A stretch of 64,000 nucleotides of DNA from Octopus sinensis (GCF_006345805.1 NC_043009.1:60016001-60080000), one strand, 5' to 3'; counted from the first letter of the stretch, positions 26,798-40,682 are shown. The notes: generated by a model from the letters alone, not told the origin. Numbers and translations are program-made.

Positions 26798-26848
26798 TCT
26801 TAATACTGACATCAGTTTCGACAATTTCCGTTGCTTCATCAGTTAAGA
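26798..26848 (-). ncRNA. Type-I hammerhead ribozyme motif
   Basis: TCTTAA CTGATGA A GCAAcggaaaTTGtC GAA ACTGA-tg-TCAGT A TTAAGA: perfect 6-bp stem I, 5-bp stem III, canonical core, GUA triplet, bulged stem II. Confidence 0.75.
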
Positions 26849-26963
26849 CTGGCTTAAAAGTTCGGCTCTTACCATGTCGACACGAGCGTTTTTCACTTTC
26901 CGCCTGCCAGATTCACCCAGACTGACTTGGTGCTTCAACTTAAGTACCTAGTGCAACAGATTC

Positions 26964-27036
<73 letters not shown>

Positions 27037-27428
27037 ATATATATGTATATATATTATTCAAAGAAATTCCAACTCTGTCTGTTTTTTTATGTTTTATTTA
27101 TATTCTTTATAATATTAATGTAGAATCTAGAATATATAGTATAAATAATATATATATATAGTAAAATGAAATGAAGTATTGATTGTCTTATTGAATAGAA
27201 GAAATATTGAATATAAAATATTAAGGGACTAGTATACTTTCTTGCATTAAAGCAGTCTTCAAGGTCCCAGGTTGTGACAGGAGTGTATATTCTTTTACTT
27301 TTTACTCATTTCAGTCATTTGACTGCGGCCATGCTGAAGCACCACCTTTATATATATATATATAATATATTAGGTATTATATATATATGTGTATATATAT
27401 ATATGTATATATGTATATATATGTATAT

Positions 27429-27466
<38 letters not shown>

Positions 27467-28135
27467 CACACACATACATGTATATATACAAGTTTTCTTG
27501 TTTTAGTCATTAGAATGTGGCCATACTGGAGCACAGCTCTGAAGAATTATGGTCAACGAATCGAACGCCTGGTGCTTATTCTTGCTAAGTTACAGTTACG
27601 TAAATACAATACCACCAGTTGTCAGGCACAATATACACACACAAATACAAATATAAATACGCACGCACCACACACACCACATGCATTACATAAATTAAAT
27701 AAACAGTAGTAGGGCAGCGAGCTGGAAGAATCGTTAGCACACCGGGCGAAATGCTTAGCGGCATTTCGTCTGCCGTTACGTTCTGAGTTCAAATTCCGCC
27801 GAGGTCGACTTTACCTTTCATCCTTTCGGGCTCGATTAAATAAGTACCAGTTACGCACTGGGGTCGACGTAATCGACTTAATCCATTGTCTCTCCTTGTT
27901 TGTCCCCTCTATGTTTAGCCCCCAGTGGGCAATAAAGAAATAAATATAAACAGTAGTTCGCAATATTATTTCTCAAAAAGAAGTATTATAATTGTCACTA
28001 AATGTGACTAGAGTTTTAGAAACACCTACATTGCTAGAAATAAGAGCTAAAAGCTCTAGTTTGTAGTCAACGCACATAAATATAAGTATATACACTAATA
28101 AGGACTTAATCGTCCGAAAAATGCCGATCGATAAT

Positions 28136-28186
28136 TCTTAATACTGACATCAGTTTCGACAATTTCCGTTGCTTCATCAGTTAAGA
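28136..28186 (-). ncRNA. Duplicate copy of the HHR at 26798-26848
   Basis: Identical motif inside the tandem duplication. Confidence 0.7.
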
Positions 28187-28301
28187 CTGGCTTAAAAGTT
28201 CGGCTCTTACCATGTCGACACGAGCGTTTTTCACTTTCCGCCTGCCAGATTCACCCAGACTGACTTGGTGCTTCAATTACGTACACTAGTGCAACAGATT
28301 C

Positions 28302-28387
<86 letters not shown>

Positions 28388-28673
28388 TATTCAAAGAAAT
28401 TCCAACTCTGTCTGTTTTTATGTTTTATTTTTATTCTTTATAATATTAATGTAGAATCTAGAATATATAGTATAAATATAATATATATAGTAAAATGAAA
28501 TGAAGTATTGATTGTCTTATTGAATAGAAGAAATATTGAATATAAAATATTAAGGGACTAGTATACTTTCTTGCATTAAAGCAGTCTTCAGGTCCCAGGT
28601 TGTGACAGGAGTGTATATTCTTTTACTTTTTACTCATTTCAGTCATTTGACTGCGGCCATGCTGAAGCACCAC

Positions 28674-28755
<82 letters not shown>

Positions 28756-28859
28756 ATGCAAGCATTTGTACGCATAAAGTTTGATGATCGGGAAAGTGAA
28801 GTTCGCACGGGTAGATATGATATGCCAGCCTCAAGAACTATATACGTATGCACGCACAC

Positions 28860-29056
28860 ACACACACAACACACACGCACACACACACACACAACACACA
28901 CATGCACACACACACACGCACGCACACACGCGCGCACACAGACACACATTCATGCATACATACATACATACACAAACGCGCGCGCACAAACACACATGGA
29001 TAAGATACAAATAGATATAGATAGATCTATATGCGTGTGTGTGTGCGAGTGTGCGT

Positions 29057-29113
<57 letters not shown>

Positions 29114-29550
29114 GGTGTGTAAGTGTATGTGTATATGTGTGTACGAGCGTGTATTTTGGTACAATTTCATCATATTACTTGGAAACCCAACAATATCTTT
29201 CACAAAACAAGTCATTTGATACTCAGGTGAAAACTCGAAGCCACGTCTGATACCAGAGTAATACTAACGATTCAAGCGTCTCTCTTATAAAATAAATCTT
29301 ATTGTGGAACGTAGTTCAAGTAGCTCTTAGAGTATCAAACTCTAACTGAGAATGCACTTAATTTCGTTTCTTTTGTTGCACTTGCGCAGAAGAAAAACCT
29401 GTGTGTAATTTCAACCCTCATAAATAAACACGCGTACACAAACACATACACAAACGCACACACACTCACTCATATATATATATATTTGCGTGTGTTTGCA
29501 TGTGTGTCTGTCTTGCTTTCGCTGTCTTTATATTATACTACACACACAAC

Positions 29551-29582
<32 letters not shown>

Positions 29583-29751
29583 CACACACACACACACACA
29601 TGCACACACACACACGCACGCACACACGCGCGCACACAGACACACATTCATGCATACATACATACATACACAAACGCGCGCGCACAAACACACATGGATA
29701 GATACAAATAGATATAGATAGATCTATATGCGTGGTGTGTGCGAGTGTGCG

Positions 29752-29811
<60 letters not shown>

Positions 29812-30248
29812 TGTGTAAGTGTATGTGTATATGTGTGTACGAGCGTGTATTTTGGTACAATTTCATCATATTACTTGGAAACCCAACAATATCTTTCACA
29901 AAACAAGTCATTTGATACTCAGGTGAAAACTCGAAGCCACGTCTGATACCAGAGTAATACTAACGATTCAGCGTCTCTCTTATAAAATAAATCTTATTGT
30001 GGAACGTAGTTCAGTAGCTCTTAGAGTATCAAACTCTAACTGAGAATGCACTTAATTTCGTTTCTTTTGTTGCACTTGCGCAGAAGAAAAACCTGTGTGT
30101 AATTTCAACCCTCATAAATAAACACGCGTACACAAACACATACACAAACGCACACACACTCACTCATATATATATATATATATTTGCGTGTGTTTGCATG
30201 TGTGTCTGTCTTGCTTTCGCTGTCTTTATATTTATACTACACACACAA

Positions 30249-30270
<22 letters not shown>
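28860..30270. repeat. ~0.70-kb tandem duplication bounded by (CA)n
   Basis: gtacgagcgtgtattttggtac at ~29141 and ~29837; ttgcgtgtgtttgcatg at 29486 and 30184. Confidence 0.9.
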
Positions 30271-30283
<13 letters not shown>

Positions 30284-30492
30284 ATAATAAATGATGTTGC
30301 TATGTGGGAAGATGTGTACCCCACCGACCACATGGTTCCGGGTTCAGTCCTCCTGCATTGCACTTTGGGTAAGTGTCTTCTACTTCAGCCTCGGTCAGAC
30401 TAAAGCCCTGTGAATGGATTTGGTAGTCGGACACTGAAAGGATCCTGTCGAGTATATATTTTTGCTTGTATGTTATTACTATTATTATTATT

Positions 30493-30534
<42 letters not shown>

Positions 30535-30544
30535 ATTATTATTA

Positions 30545-30589
<45 letters not shown>

Positions 30590-30590
<1 letters not shown>

Positions 30591-30762
30591 AAAATAACAT
30601 TGAAAAATACTTTAGGATTGAGAACCCAGGTTCGAAATTTCCCCAAGACACCTGATGAAGGCTGGAGGCTATATCAGCCGAAACGTTGTGTTAACAACAA
30701 ACAAGATGAGGACAAATATCTGTCGAATGTAAATAATGTAAACAATGTAAATAATGTAAATT
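30590..30762 (+). mobile_element. Short Penelope-type non-autonomous element with HHR, beside (ATT)n
   Basis: Three copies in the window (also 50620-50765 minus and 51023-51128 plus); 3' end has aatgtaaat-like tandem repeats. Confidence 0.75.
30647..30692 (+). ncRNA. Minimal type-I hammerhead ribozyme motif
   Basis: gACAC CTGATGA A GGCTG-gaggctatat-CAGCC GAA ACGT T GTGTt: canonical core, 5-bp stem II, palindromic ACGT stem III, GUU triplet. Confidence 0.8.
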
Positions 30763-31391
30763 ATGTATGTATGCATGTATGTATGTATATGCACAAATAG
30801 ATGTGTGTTAGTGTGTCGTGGAGTATATATGTATGTGTATATATGTGGGTATGTGTATATGTAAACGTAGGTATGTATGTGTGTACACATGCATGTACAT
30901 ACATGTACATATGTATGAATGTATTGTATTGAAAAAAACATGCCTGGAATTTTTTCTTATGGTCGTATATTTTCTTTAAAATTTATATGTATCAAAATTC
31001 ATCAACGTCTTTTGGACTTTAGCGTACCCATCTCCCTGATACATTTTTCACTCTTTATAAGAGTCAGAATTATGGTTGCTATTTATTCTGCTTTGTGATA
31101 AGCATGCGCGTCTTATCAATGTTATTCTTTTAGTATTTTGCTTCCATTATTAACTAACGGGTTTTGTGAGTAATACAGTCATGGGTACTGATCCTTGTTA
31201 TAAGCGCATGATAAACCGGAAAGAGTTTCGTAAATGAATTCACCAAGTTAACAACTTTTATGTTTCAATCGAATGTCTATATCACATTTACCATTAGCAA
31301 TTTGTACGTGGACACAAATGCCCATTGTTTATTATTGACCAAGAAGTTTTGAACTTTTAGTAATTTTATAGTATTTTACTTACAGCTGTGT

Positions 31392-31757
31392 GAAGGCGCA
31401 ATAGCCCAGTGGCTAGGGCAGCGGACTCGCGGTCGTAGGATCGCGATTTCGATTCCCAGACCAGGCGTTGTGAGTGTTTATGGAGCGAAAACACTTACAG
31501 CTCCCCGAGGCTCCAGCAGGGGGTGGTGGTGAACTCTGCTGTACTCATTTACCACAACTTTCTTTCACTCTTTCTACCTGTATCTCTTGTACCTGTATTT
31601 CAAAAGACCAGTCTTGTCACACTATGTGTCACGCCGAATCTCTCCGAGGGTACACGTGTCTGTGGAGTGCTCAGCCACTTGCACGTTAATTTCACGAGCA
31701 GGCTGCTCCGTTGATCGGATCAAGTGGAACCCTCGTCGTCGTAACCGACGGAGTGCC
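31392..31757 (+). mobile_element. SINE family C, full length
   Basis: 12-bp TSD acttacagctgt on both sides. Confidence 0.9.
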
Positions 31758-31873
31758 ACGACTTACAGCTGTAGGAGATTTTATCTGTTTATATTCTCTT
31801 TCCCAATTAAATGTTTTTATTAGTGATGCCAAATATTTAGATTTTTTCATTTTTTATTTTACTCTGTCGTACA

Positions 31874-32177
31874 TCTTTATATTATATATAAAAGTGAAGT
31901 TGTGTGTCTGTCTCCTACGATTTAGATTCCTAACTACTCTCACATTTCGCGGTGCAGTTTAACCAAAACCGGGTATCTTATAGTCGTGATTCACATCGAG
32001 CCCTTCTGGGTATTACCGTGCGTCTACGATGAGTGTACGATTAAAAAAAAAATTTACCATCATTTTTTCCCATTTTTAATGCATTTTTTTGCTGTTATAT
32101 AAGGGAAGTAACTCTCGAAAAATGCTTTTATAGTTATTTCCCTTACAAACCCGAGCAACGCCGGGCGATACTGCTAG
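31874..32177 (+). mobile_element. Non-autonomous Helitron, second subfamily
   Basis: A|TC...tatatataaaagtgaag start; 3' acaaacccgagcaacgccgggcgatactgCTAG|T almost identical to 17851-17884. Confidence 0.8.
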
Positions 32178-32600
32178 TTACTTATATTGGTTTATGGTTT
32201 GGTTCGTGCACTTTGTATTTCTATTTGATGAGGATTTTGTTCATCTATTTTTATGCTGTATTCACCTATTTTTATACTCAGGAATCATTGGATTCATGTA
32301 ATATACAAACACTTTATGTGTGATTTGTGTACATTTAATATGTGAAGTGAGATACATTTATTGTATTGTATTTGTGCTTGTGTTGTTCTATGTCTTGGTC
32401 TATTAGTTAACTTGATAATTCATTGTTGATTCGTGTACGTTTTGCTCGGTAAATTATTTCAAATCTAGTGCTTCGTTTTTGAAGGAGAACTCTAAATGAT
32501 CTTCAAAGCAGAAATATCTCTGCTGACGCTTTGCATCTGTGTGGATAGCTATTCCTTGATTCCATTCAAATACAGACATTTATTTTTATCTTTGTTGCAG

Positions 32601-32669
32601 ACGAGGATCATGTTACTGTTATTTCCTATCTATATATTTACACGCAACGATGGAGTTATTTTATTGCAA
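32601..32669 (+). CDS. Candidate 69-nt exon (xEDHVTVISYLYIYTQRWSYFIA)
   Basis: Strong acceptor ttatttttatctttgttgcag, donor CAA|gtaatt; phase-1 reading is compatible with exon 23466-23697. Confidence 0.25.
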
Positions 32670-33005
32670 GTAATTTTATTTGTATTATTATGGATAGTGA
32701 ACTCTAATACTGAATCGTTTTCGGAATCTTCTTTTAATTTCTTATGTCTTTCAGCGTGTCCATTATGACGAGTATATCGATAACGTACATAAGAGTTATA
32801 ATACAATTTGCCTTGATTACATTTTGCTTTCTGTTATGGCCATGTAGAACACTGTTAGATGGGCCCTAAGCAATAACTACTAGAAATCTGACTGGAATTG
32901 AACAATGCGCACAATTCATTTACCATCAAAAACTCCAAACGTGGCTTTGTTACCACGTGACCATCGAACGGCTTTGCGACTTCGTGTCCAAGAGCATATA
33001 ATTTA

Positions 33006-34296
33006 TTGGGTTGTCCGGAAAGTTCGTGCCGATTTATAGTAGCTTACCTTTCGACTTATTTTAGAACATGGTTGAATCCATAAAATAGGATTTAACTACA
33101 CCTCCACTTAGAGCAGAGTTTAAGCTATCTTTTCGTGGAAGAAGATGTATGTTCCTATAACCTTAACCTGTGTTACTTCTGTAACCCTTTAAACTGGAAG
33201 ATAAGAAAGTTCATTTTCGGAACTTGATGCTTTTCTTTTTCCGTAAAGGGAAAAATGCTTCACAAGCAACCAAAGAAATATGCGCAGTTTACGGTGATGT
33301 TTCTTTATCCGAAAGAAGTATACGGAAGTGGTTCGCAAGGTTCCGAGCTGGAGATTGTAGCCTTATTGATAAAGAGCGATCAGGCAGACCATCCACTACA
33401 GATGATGACAAAATCAAGTCATTACTTGAGAATAACTCGCGTTGCACAACCCGAGAATTGGCAGAAAGCCTCAACCTATTAAGATCCGTCGTTCATGAGC
33501 ACCTGGTAAAGCTTGGGTACACAAATCGCTACGATGTTTGGGTACGACATAAGCTGAACGAGAAGAACCTTTTGGATCGCATTTCCATCTGTGATTCGCT
33601 TTATAAACGGAATGAAAACGCGCCTTTTTTAAAGCAAATTGCGACAGGTGATGAGAAATGGATTATCTACCGAAATGTTCAGAGAAAGTGATCCTGGAGT
33701 AAGCGACATGAGCCACCCTTAGCCACCCCAAAAGCGGGGTCTTCACCCTAAAAATGTCTTGCTTTGTGTCTGGTGGGAGTGGAAAAGAATTCTGTACTAT
33801 GAGCTTCTCCCAAGTAACCAGACAATTAATTCTGAGAAATACTGCACACAAATGGACGAGTTAAAAGCAGCAATTCAAGAAAAACGTCCAGCATTGGCCA
33901 TCAGGAAGGATGTTGTTTTCCAACATGATAATGCAAGACCGCACGTTTCTTTGGGAACCAGACAAAAATTGCTGCAGCTCGGCTTGGATGTGTTACCCCA
34001 CCCTCCATATTCGCCACAGAATGCTCCTTCGGATCTCCACTTATTCAGGTCTCTGTAGAATAGTCTTAATGGTAACAATTTCAATTCCTTGGATGACGTA
34101 AAAAGATGCCTTGATGAATTCTTTGCCATGAAACCACCTCAGTTGTGGGAAGAGAGTATTTTCAAGTTAAAGGAAAGATGGAGACGCATTGTGCAAGAAA
34201 ATGGTTCATATTTGGTTGATTAAAAATGTAATGGCAAGTATTTATTGACCTTTTCCTTTCCTTTAAAAATCGGCACGAACCTTCCGGACAACCCAA
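33006..34296 (+). mobile_element. Full-length mariner transposon (1291 bp, probably mellifera subfamily)
   Basis: 30-bp TIRs ttgggttgtccggaa(a/g)gttcgtgccgattt with 1 mismatch; TA duplications at 33004-33005 and 34297-34298. Confidence 0.97.
33194..34223 (+). pseudogene. Mariner DD34D transposase pseudogene
   Basis: HTH region, GDEKW, HDNARPH and YSPQNAPSD with exactly 34 residues between D2 and D3. Lesions: CTG at the presumed start, TGA 33689, +1 frameshift near 33737, TAG 34056. Confidence 0.95.
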
Positions 34297-34819
34297 TACT
34301 TCCGACGAATTAATTTTCATGTTTCGCGCAGAAGAAATTGTCGATCGCCATTTTCGCTGTTAGTATTTCGGCCATACTAATTGCCTCTTCCAAGTTGCTC
34401 ATGCACTTCCCTTCAAATTTATTATTCTCTACCGCTGCTTTGCTTCACCTTATCGATTCTTCTCTAATGGATCACCTCAGTCTCAACACCAGGTGTCGAT
34501 GACAGTTTCTGTCAAATCTCACTTAACTAATTTGCTAATCCGATTTCCGTGCAAAGAATAACACACACAGTTTCCAGTATGACGATGCTTCTCTATGAAT
34601 CATATATCTACGTTGATCATGCAAATCTTAAACTTGTGATCAGTGTAACCGACCAGCCAGTGACCTCACAAGCACGATGACATGGAGTGGTTTATTGATG
34701 GCTACATTGGAACATTCGAAAAATCCAGTCAGTGTGTGTGTGGTGTGTGTGTGTGTGTGTGTGCGTGTGTGCATATGTGTGTGCATATATATATATGTGG
34801 AGGCGCTGTGTGTGCATAT

Positions 34820-35136
34820 ATATATATATGGAGGCGCTAGGCTTAGTGGTTAGGGTGTCAACATCATGATCGTAAGATTGTGGTTTCGATTCCTGGACCG
34901 GGCAACGCGTTGTGTTCTTGAGCAAAACACTTCATTTCACGTTGCTCCACTCCACTCAGCTGGCAAAAATGAGTAACGCTGCGATGGACTGGCGTCCCAT
35001 CCAGCTGGGGCAACCGGGACCATGAACCTAGCTAGGCTTTAAAAGGGCGCATTTATTTCTGCGTTGGACTGGTGTCCCGTCCAGCTGGGGGGAGCACATA
35101 CTCCACAGAAACCGGGAAACCGGGCTTGAAAAGGGC

Positions 35137-35140
<4 letters not shown>
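34820..35140 (+). mobile_element. CORE-like SINE family J with partly duplicated tail
   Basis: ggcttagtggttagggtg...gttgtgttcttgagcaaaacacttcatttcacgttgctcc; tail gatggactggcgtccc occurs twice. Confidence 0.75.
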
Positions 35141-35193
<53 letters not shown>

Positions 35194-35384
35194 GCTCTTT
35201 TCTCCATTATCCCAGTATATGCTCAATATGTTATTTCAGTTATCTGCTACCTCAAAGGAGTGGAACGTTACCAAACACTCCTTTAGACGCATAAAGTGGT
35301 CTGGCCCAAGGTCGTCTTAAAAGTAAAGTCACTGAATTTCGATATTGTTGCGATCAACAGGACTAGGACTACAACAACAACAAC

Positions 35385-35441
<57 letters not shown>

Positions 35442-35442
<1 letters not shown>

Positions 35443-35998
35443 TGCCCGGATGCAGTACCAGGCAGTGGCTCTCATGGCTTCTGATCTTAACTGATTGGAA
35501 GTGTTATCATGTACATTGTTTTGTCTTGGTATAAAAGATGGGCTACAGCAAATATTCTGCTCAATACCACAGATTTGCTTGTCAGTTGTTTGACCTTAAC
35601 CAGTTGAGCATGTCCCTTAGTGGCTGACGATATGTGCATCTCTGATCACGAGCAGAAGTAGTGGGGGAGCATCATAGCCATGTGTTGAGAAGGATTCTTT
35701 GGGGTTTGAATAATTCACCTCTGGAAACATGGGTGTTTCGTTCAACGTCCTTAAACAACCCTTATTCAGGGACCTTTTGAGCGGAATGGGTTACTCGATC
35801 TGAAGAAAATTCTAACTGGGCTCCACCTGCAAGGTCATGTGCTGTTTATCTTGATATGAGATCACCATGTCGCGCACATATGGTTGTGATGCATGTGCCT
35901 GGTGTACCCTTATCAGACGGGTAGTCATGATGGGTATACTGGGCTTCGTATATTTTACCCCAGTGTCACTTTGATGGCATGCTCAGCTCGCTCACTCA
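35442..35998 (+). mobile_element. ~556-bp non-coding element H embedded in (AAT)n, copy 1
   Basis: Highly similar to 37235-37790 with the same two ends; no ORF of 60 aa or more in the track. Confidence 0.85.
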
Positions 35999-36177
35999 AT
36001 AATAATATAATAATAATAATGATGATGATAATAATAATAATAATAATAATATAATAATAATTAATAATAATAAAATAATAATAATAATAATAATAATAGT
36101 AAAATAATAATAATAATAATAATGATAATAATAATAATAATAATAATAATATAATAATGATAATAATAATAATAATA

Positions 36178-36216
<39 letters not shown>

Positions 36217-36241
36217 TAATAATAATAATATAATAATAATA

Positions 36242-36284
<43 letters not shown>

Positions 36285-36330
36285 GGTTAATAATAATAAT
36301 AATAATATTAATAATAATAATGATAATAAT

Positions 36331-36947
36331 ACCAGTCCTGGCTAAGAAGGAATATATTCACAGACATGACAGAGTTGGAACCTACATACATTGGAAGCTA
36401 TGCCAACATTATGGAATAACAACAGAAAAAAGATGGTATAGGCACACACCAGAAAAGGTCACAGAAAACGAGAAAGCAACCATACTGTGGGATATGCCGA
36501 TACACACAGATAGAGAAATTAAGGCCAACAGACCAGATATAGTTGTCAGAGATCATGAAGAAAAAAAATGCTTTCTAATTGATGTATCAATACCGGCAGA
36601 TGACAACGTGTCTCTAAAAGAAATGGAGAAACTCTCAAAATACAAAGACCTGGAAATAGAGGTAACTAGAATGTGGAACCTGAAAACAGAAACAATTCCT
36701 ATCATAGTAGGTGCATTAGGCATGATAAAAAATATTCAGACAAATACATAACAAAAACACCAGGACTTCTTACAAACACTATAACATACAGAAAATTGCA
36801 CTACTAGGCACTGCACACATCCTACGCAGAACACTTTCCATACAATAACCATCAGAGCATCACAACAAATCACAGCCACATACCCAAGGCACACAGAGCT
36901 GCGCTCGGTAGTGAAGTGAAAGCACGCTATAAAAAATAAAACTACTG
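36331..36947 (+). mobile_element. 5'-truncated R4/Dong-type non-LTR retrotransposon (RLE endonuclease domain + 3' UTR) in (AAT)n
   Basis: RHDRV..YIHWKLC, LWDMPIHTDREIKANRPDIVV, CFLIDVSIP, EKLSKYKDL, IPIIVGALG. Frameshift near 36730; ends ...actactg then (aat)n. Confidence 0.9.
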
Positions 36948-37149
36948 AATAATAATAATAATAATAATAAATAATAATGATAATAATAATAATAATAATA
37001 ATAATAATTAATAATGATAATTAATAATAAATAATAATAATAATGATAATAATAATAATAATGATAATAATAATAATAATGATAATAATAATAATAATAA
37101 TGATAATAATAATAATAATAATATAATAATAATAATAATAATAATAATG

Positions 37150-37234
<85 letters not shown>

Positions 37235-37236
<2 letters not shown>

Positions 37237-37790
37237 GCCCTGATGCAGTACCAGGCAGTGGCTTTCATGGCTTCTGATCTTAACTGATTGGAAGTGTTAT
37301 CATGTACATTGTTTTGTCTTGGTATAAAAGATGGGCTACAGCAAATATTCTGCTCAATACCACAGATTTGCTTGTCAGTTGTTTGACCTTAACCAGTTGG
37401 GCATGTCCCTTAGTGGCTGACGATATGTGCATCTCTGATCACGAGCAGAAGTAGTGGGGGAGCATCATAGCCATGTGTTGAGAGGGATTCTTTGGGGTTT
37501 GAATAGTTCACCTCTGGAAACATGGGTGATTCTTTCAACATCCTTAAACAACCCTTATTCAGGGACCTATTGAGCGGGATGGGCTACTCAACCTGAAGAA
37601 AATTCTAACTGGGCCCCACCTGCAAGGTCATGTGCTGTTTATCTTGATATGAGATCACCATGTCGCGCACATATGGTTGTGATGCATGTGCCTGGTGTAC
37701 CTTTATCAGACGGGTAGTCATGATGGGTATACTGGGCTTCGTATATTTTACCCCAGTGTCACTTTGATGGCATGAACTGCTCTCTCACTC
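37235..37790 (+). mobile_element. Element H, copy 2
   Basis: See copy 1. Confidence 0.85.
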
Positions 37791-37894
<104 letters not shown>

Positions 37895-37914
37895 GAAGAA
37901 GAAGAAGAAGAAGA

Positions 37915-38125
37915 ATGCTTTTAAATTTTGGCACATGGCCAGAAATTTTGTGGGGAGGGGTAAGTCAATTGTATCGACTCCGGTACTCAACTGGTACTTA
38001 TTTTGTCGACCCCAAAAGGATGAAAGTAAAAGCTGACCTCCTGTTCTTTGACCGCTACATTCATGTCCATAGATATTGCTGCATCTATGATGTTGAACCG
38101 AAAGAAATGCAGCTAAGCATTTTAT
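37915..38125 (-). mobile_element. Diverged SINE family A variant
   Basis: caactggtacttattttgtcgaccccaaaaggatgaaag. Confidence 0.6.
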
Positions 38126-38689
38126 CCGACTATTGAAACGACGATGACGACGACGACGACGGCGACGATGATGATGATGTTGGTGATGTCTCGGGGTTAC
38201 GAAACAGGCTTTAAATGTTTTATGCTGGTGCATATTTGATGATACGTATCTTACGGCCCCGGAATAACTGGTGCTGTCTTTATCGATCCCAAAACCAAGA
38301 CAGGTTCGACAGGAAAGCAAAAATTCAAACGCTGCAGAATTTATACCTAATAGTGGGAACACACACTAAGCTCTTTTAAGGATCTTACGTGAAAAATAAT
38401 CAATAAACTGTACAAGAATCGATTTGATCGATATGTTCTTCTTATGCAGAAATTGATGTTGTGGCTAGGTAAAATCCACAACCACACATTATCTGCTATT
38501 TTATGGAAATATGCCATTTTTTCTTAGATGTTTTTGTCTACCTTTACTCTTCTCATACACACACAAACTCCGACACAAAAAGACACGTACGTAGGTATAT
38601 TCATGCAAACACACACATACATATCTACATAAACATATATGCATATGTCTCTGTTTCTCTCTCTCTCTCTCTGTATATGTATATATAGA

Positions 38690-40680
38690 TATACATTCAT
38701 ACATACATACATACATACACACATACATACATACATACATACATACATACACACATACATACATACATACACACATACATACATACATACATACATACAT
38801 ACATACATACATACATACATGCATACATACATACATACATGCATACATACATACATACATACATACATACATGCATACATACATACATACATACATACAC
38901 ACATACATACATACATACATACATACATACACACATACATACATACATACATACATACATACATACATACACACATACACACATACATACATATACATAC
39001 ATACATACATACATACATACATACATACAGCATACATACATACATACAGACATACATACATACATACATACACACCTACATACATACATACAGCATACAT
39101 ACATACATACATACATACATACATACATACATACATACATACATACATACACACATACATACATACATACACATGCATACATACATACATACATACATAA
39201 TGAATACATACATACATACATGCATACATACATTACATACATACATACATACAGGCATACATACATACATACATACATACACATACATTACATACATACA
39301 CACATACATACATACACACATACATACACACATACATACATACACACATACATACCATACATACATAATACATACATACATACATACACACATACATACA
39401 TGCATACATACATACATACATACATACATGCATACATACATACATAAATACATACATACATACATGCATACATTACATACATACATACATGCATTACATA
39501 CATACATACATACATACATACATCATACATACGTACATACATACATACATACACACATTACATACAACACCCATACATCCAGACATACATACATACAACA
39601 TACATACATACACATACATACATACACACATACATACATACATACACACATACATACATACACACATACATACACACATACATAAATACAAACATACATA
39701 CATACATACATACATACATCATACATACTACATACATACATGCATACATACATACATACATACATACATGCATACATAATACATAAAATACTACATACAT
39801 ACATTACATGATACATAACATACCCATACTACATGACATACATACCTACATACATGCATACATACATACATACATACATACATACATGCATACATACCAT
39901 AACATACATACTAACATACACACATAAATAATACACACATACATACAACATACATAATACAACACATACATCCATTACATACATACATACATAATACATA
40001 ACATACACACATACATACATGAAATAACACATACATACCACATACATACACACATACATACATACACACATACCTACAGACAAAATACAACATACTACAA
40101 TACCTACATACATACATTAAATACATACATACTAATGCATACATACATACATACAGACATACATACATGCATTACATACATACATACATACTAATACACA
40201 CCAACCATAAATACACACATACATACACACATACATACATACACACATACATACATAACATACATACATACATACATAATACATACCTACATACACACAT
40301 TACATACATACATACACACATACATACATACACAACTACATACACACATACATACACACATACATAACATACATACATAATACATACATACATACAATAC
40401 ATACATACATACATAAACCATACATGCATACATACATACATAAATACATACCATGCATACATACATAAATACATACATACATACATGCATCAACATACAT
40501 ACATAATGCCATACATACATACATACATACATAATACATCATACATACTACATACATACATACATACATACATACATACGTACATACATACATACATACG
40601 TACATACATACATACATACATACATACATACATACATACATACATACATACATACTACATACGTACATACCGTACATACA
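38690..40680. repeat. ~2-kb (TACA)n microsatellite array, degenerate in its distal part
   Basis: Direct reading; source of all HTYI/MYVC ORFs here. Confidence 0.97.
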
Positions 40681-40682
40681 AC

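Larger units (their letters stand above)
26020..28680. repeat. ~1.34-kb tandem duplication bounded by (TA)n
   Basis: Same succession of SINE B fragment, SINE A (26372-26605 and 27713-27945), HHR element and AT-rich DNA at offset ~1338. The copies differ mainly by 1-nt indels. Confidence 0.9.
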
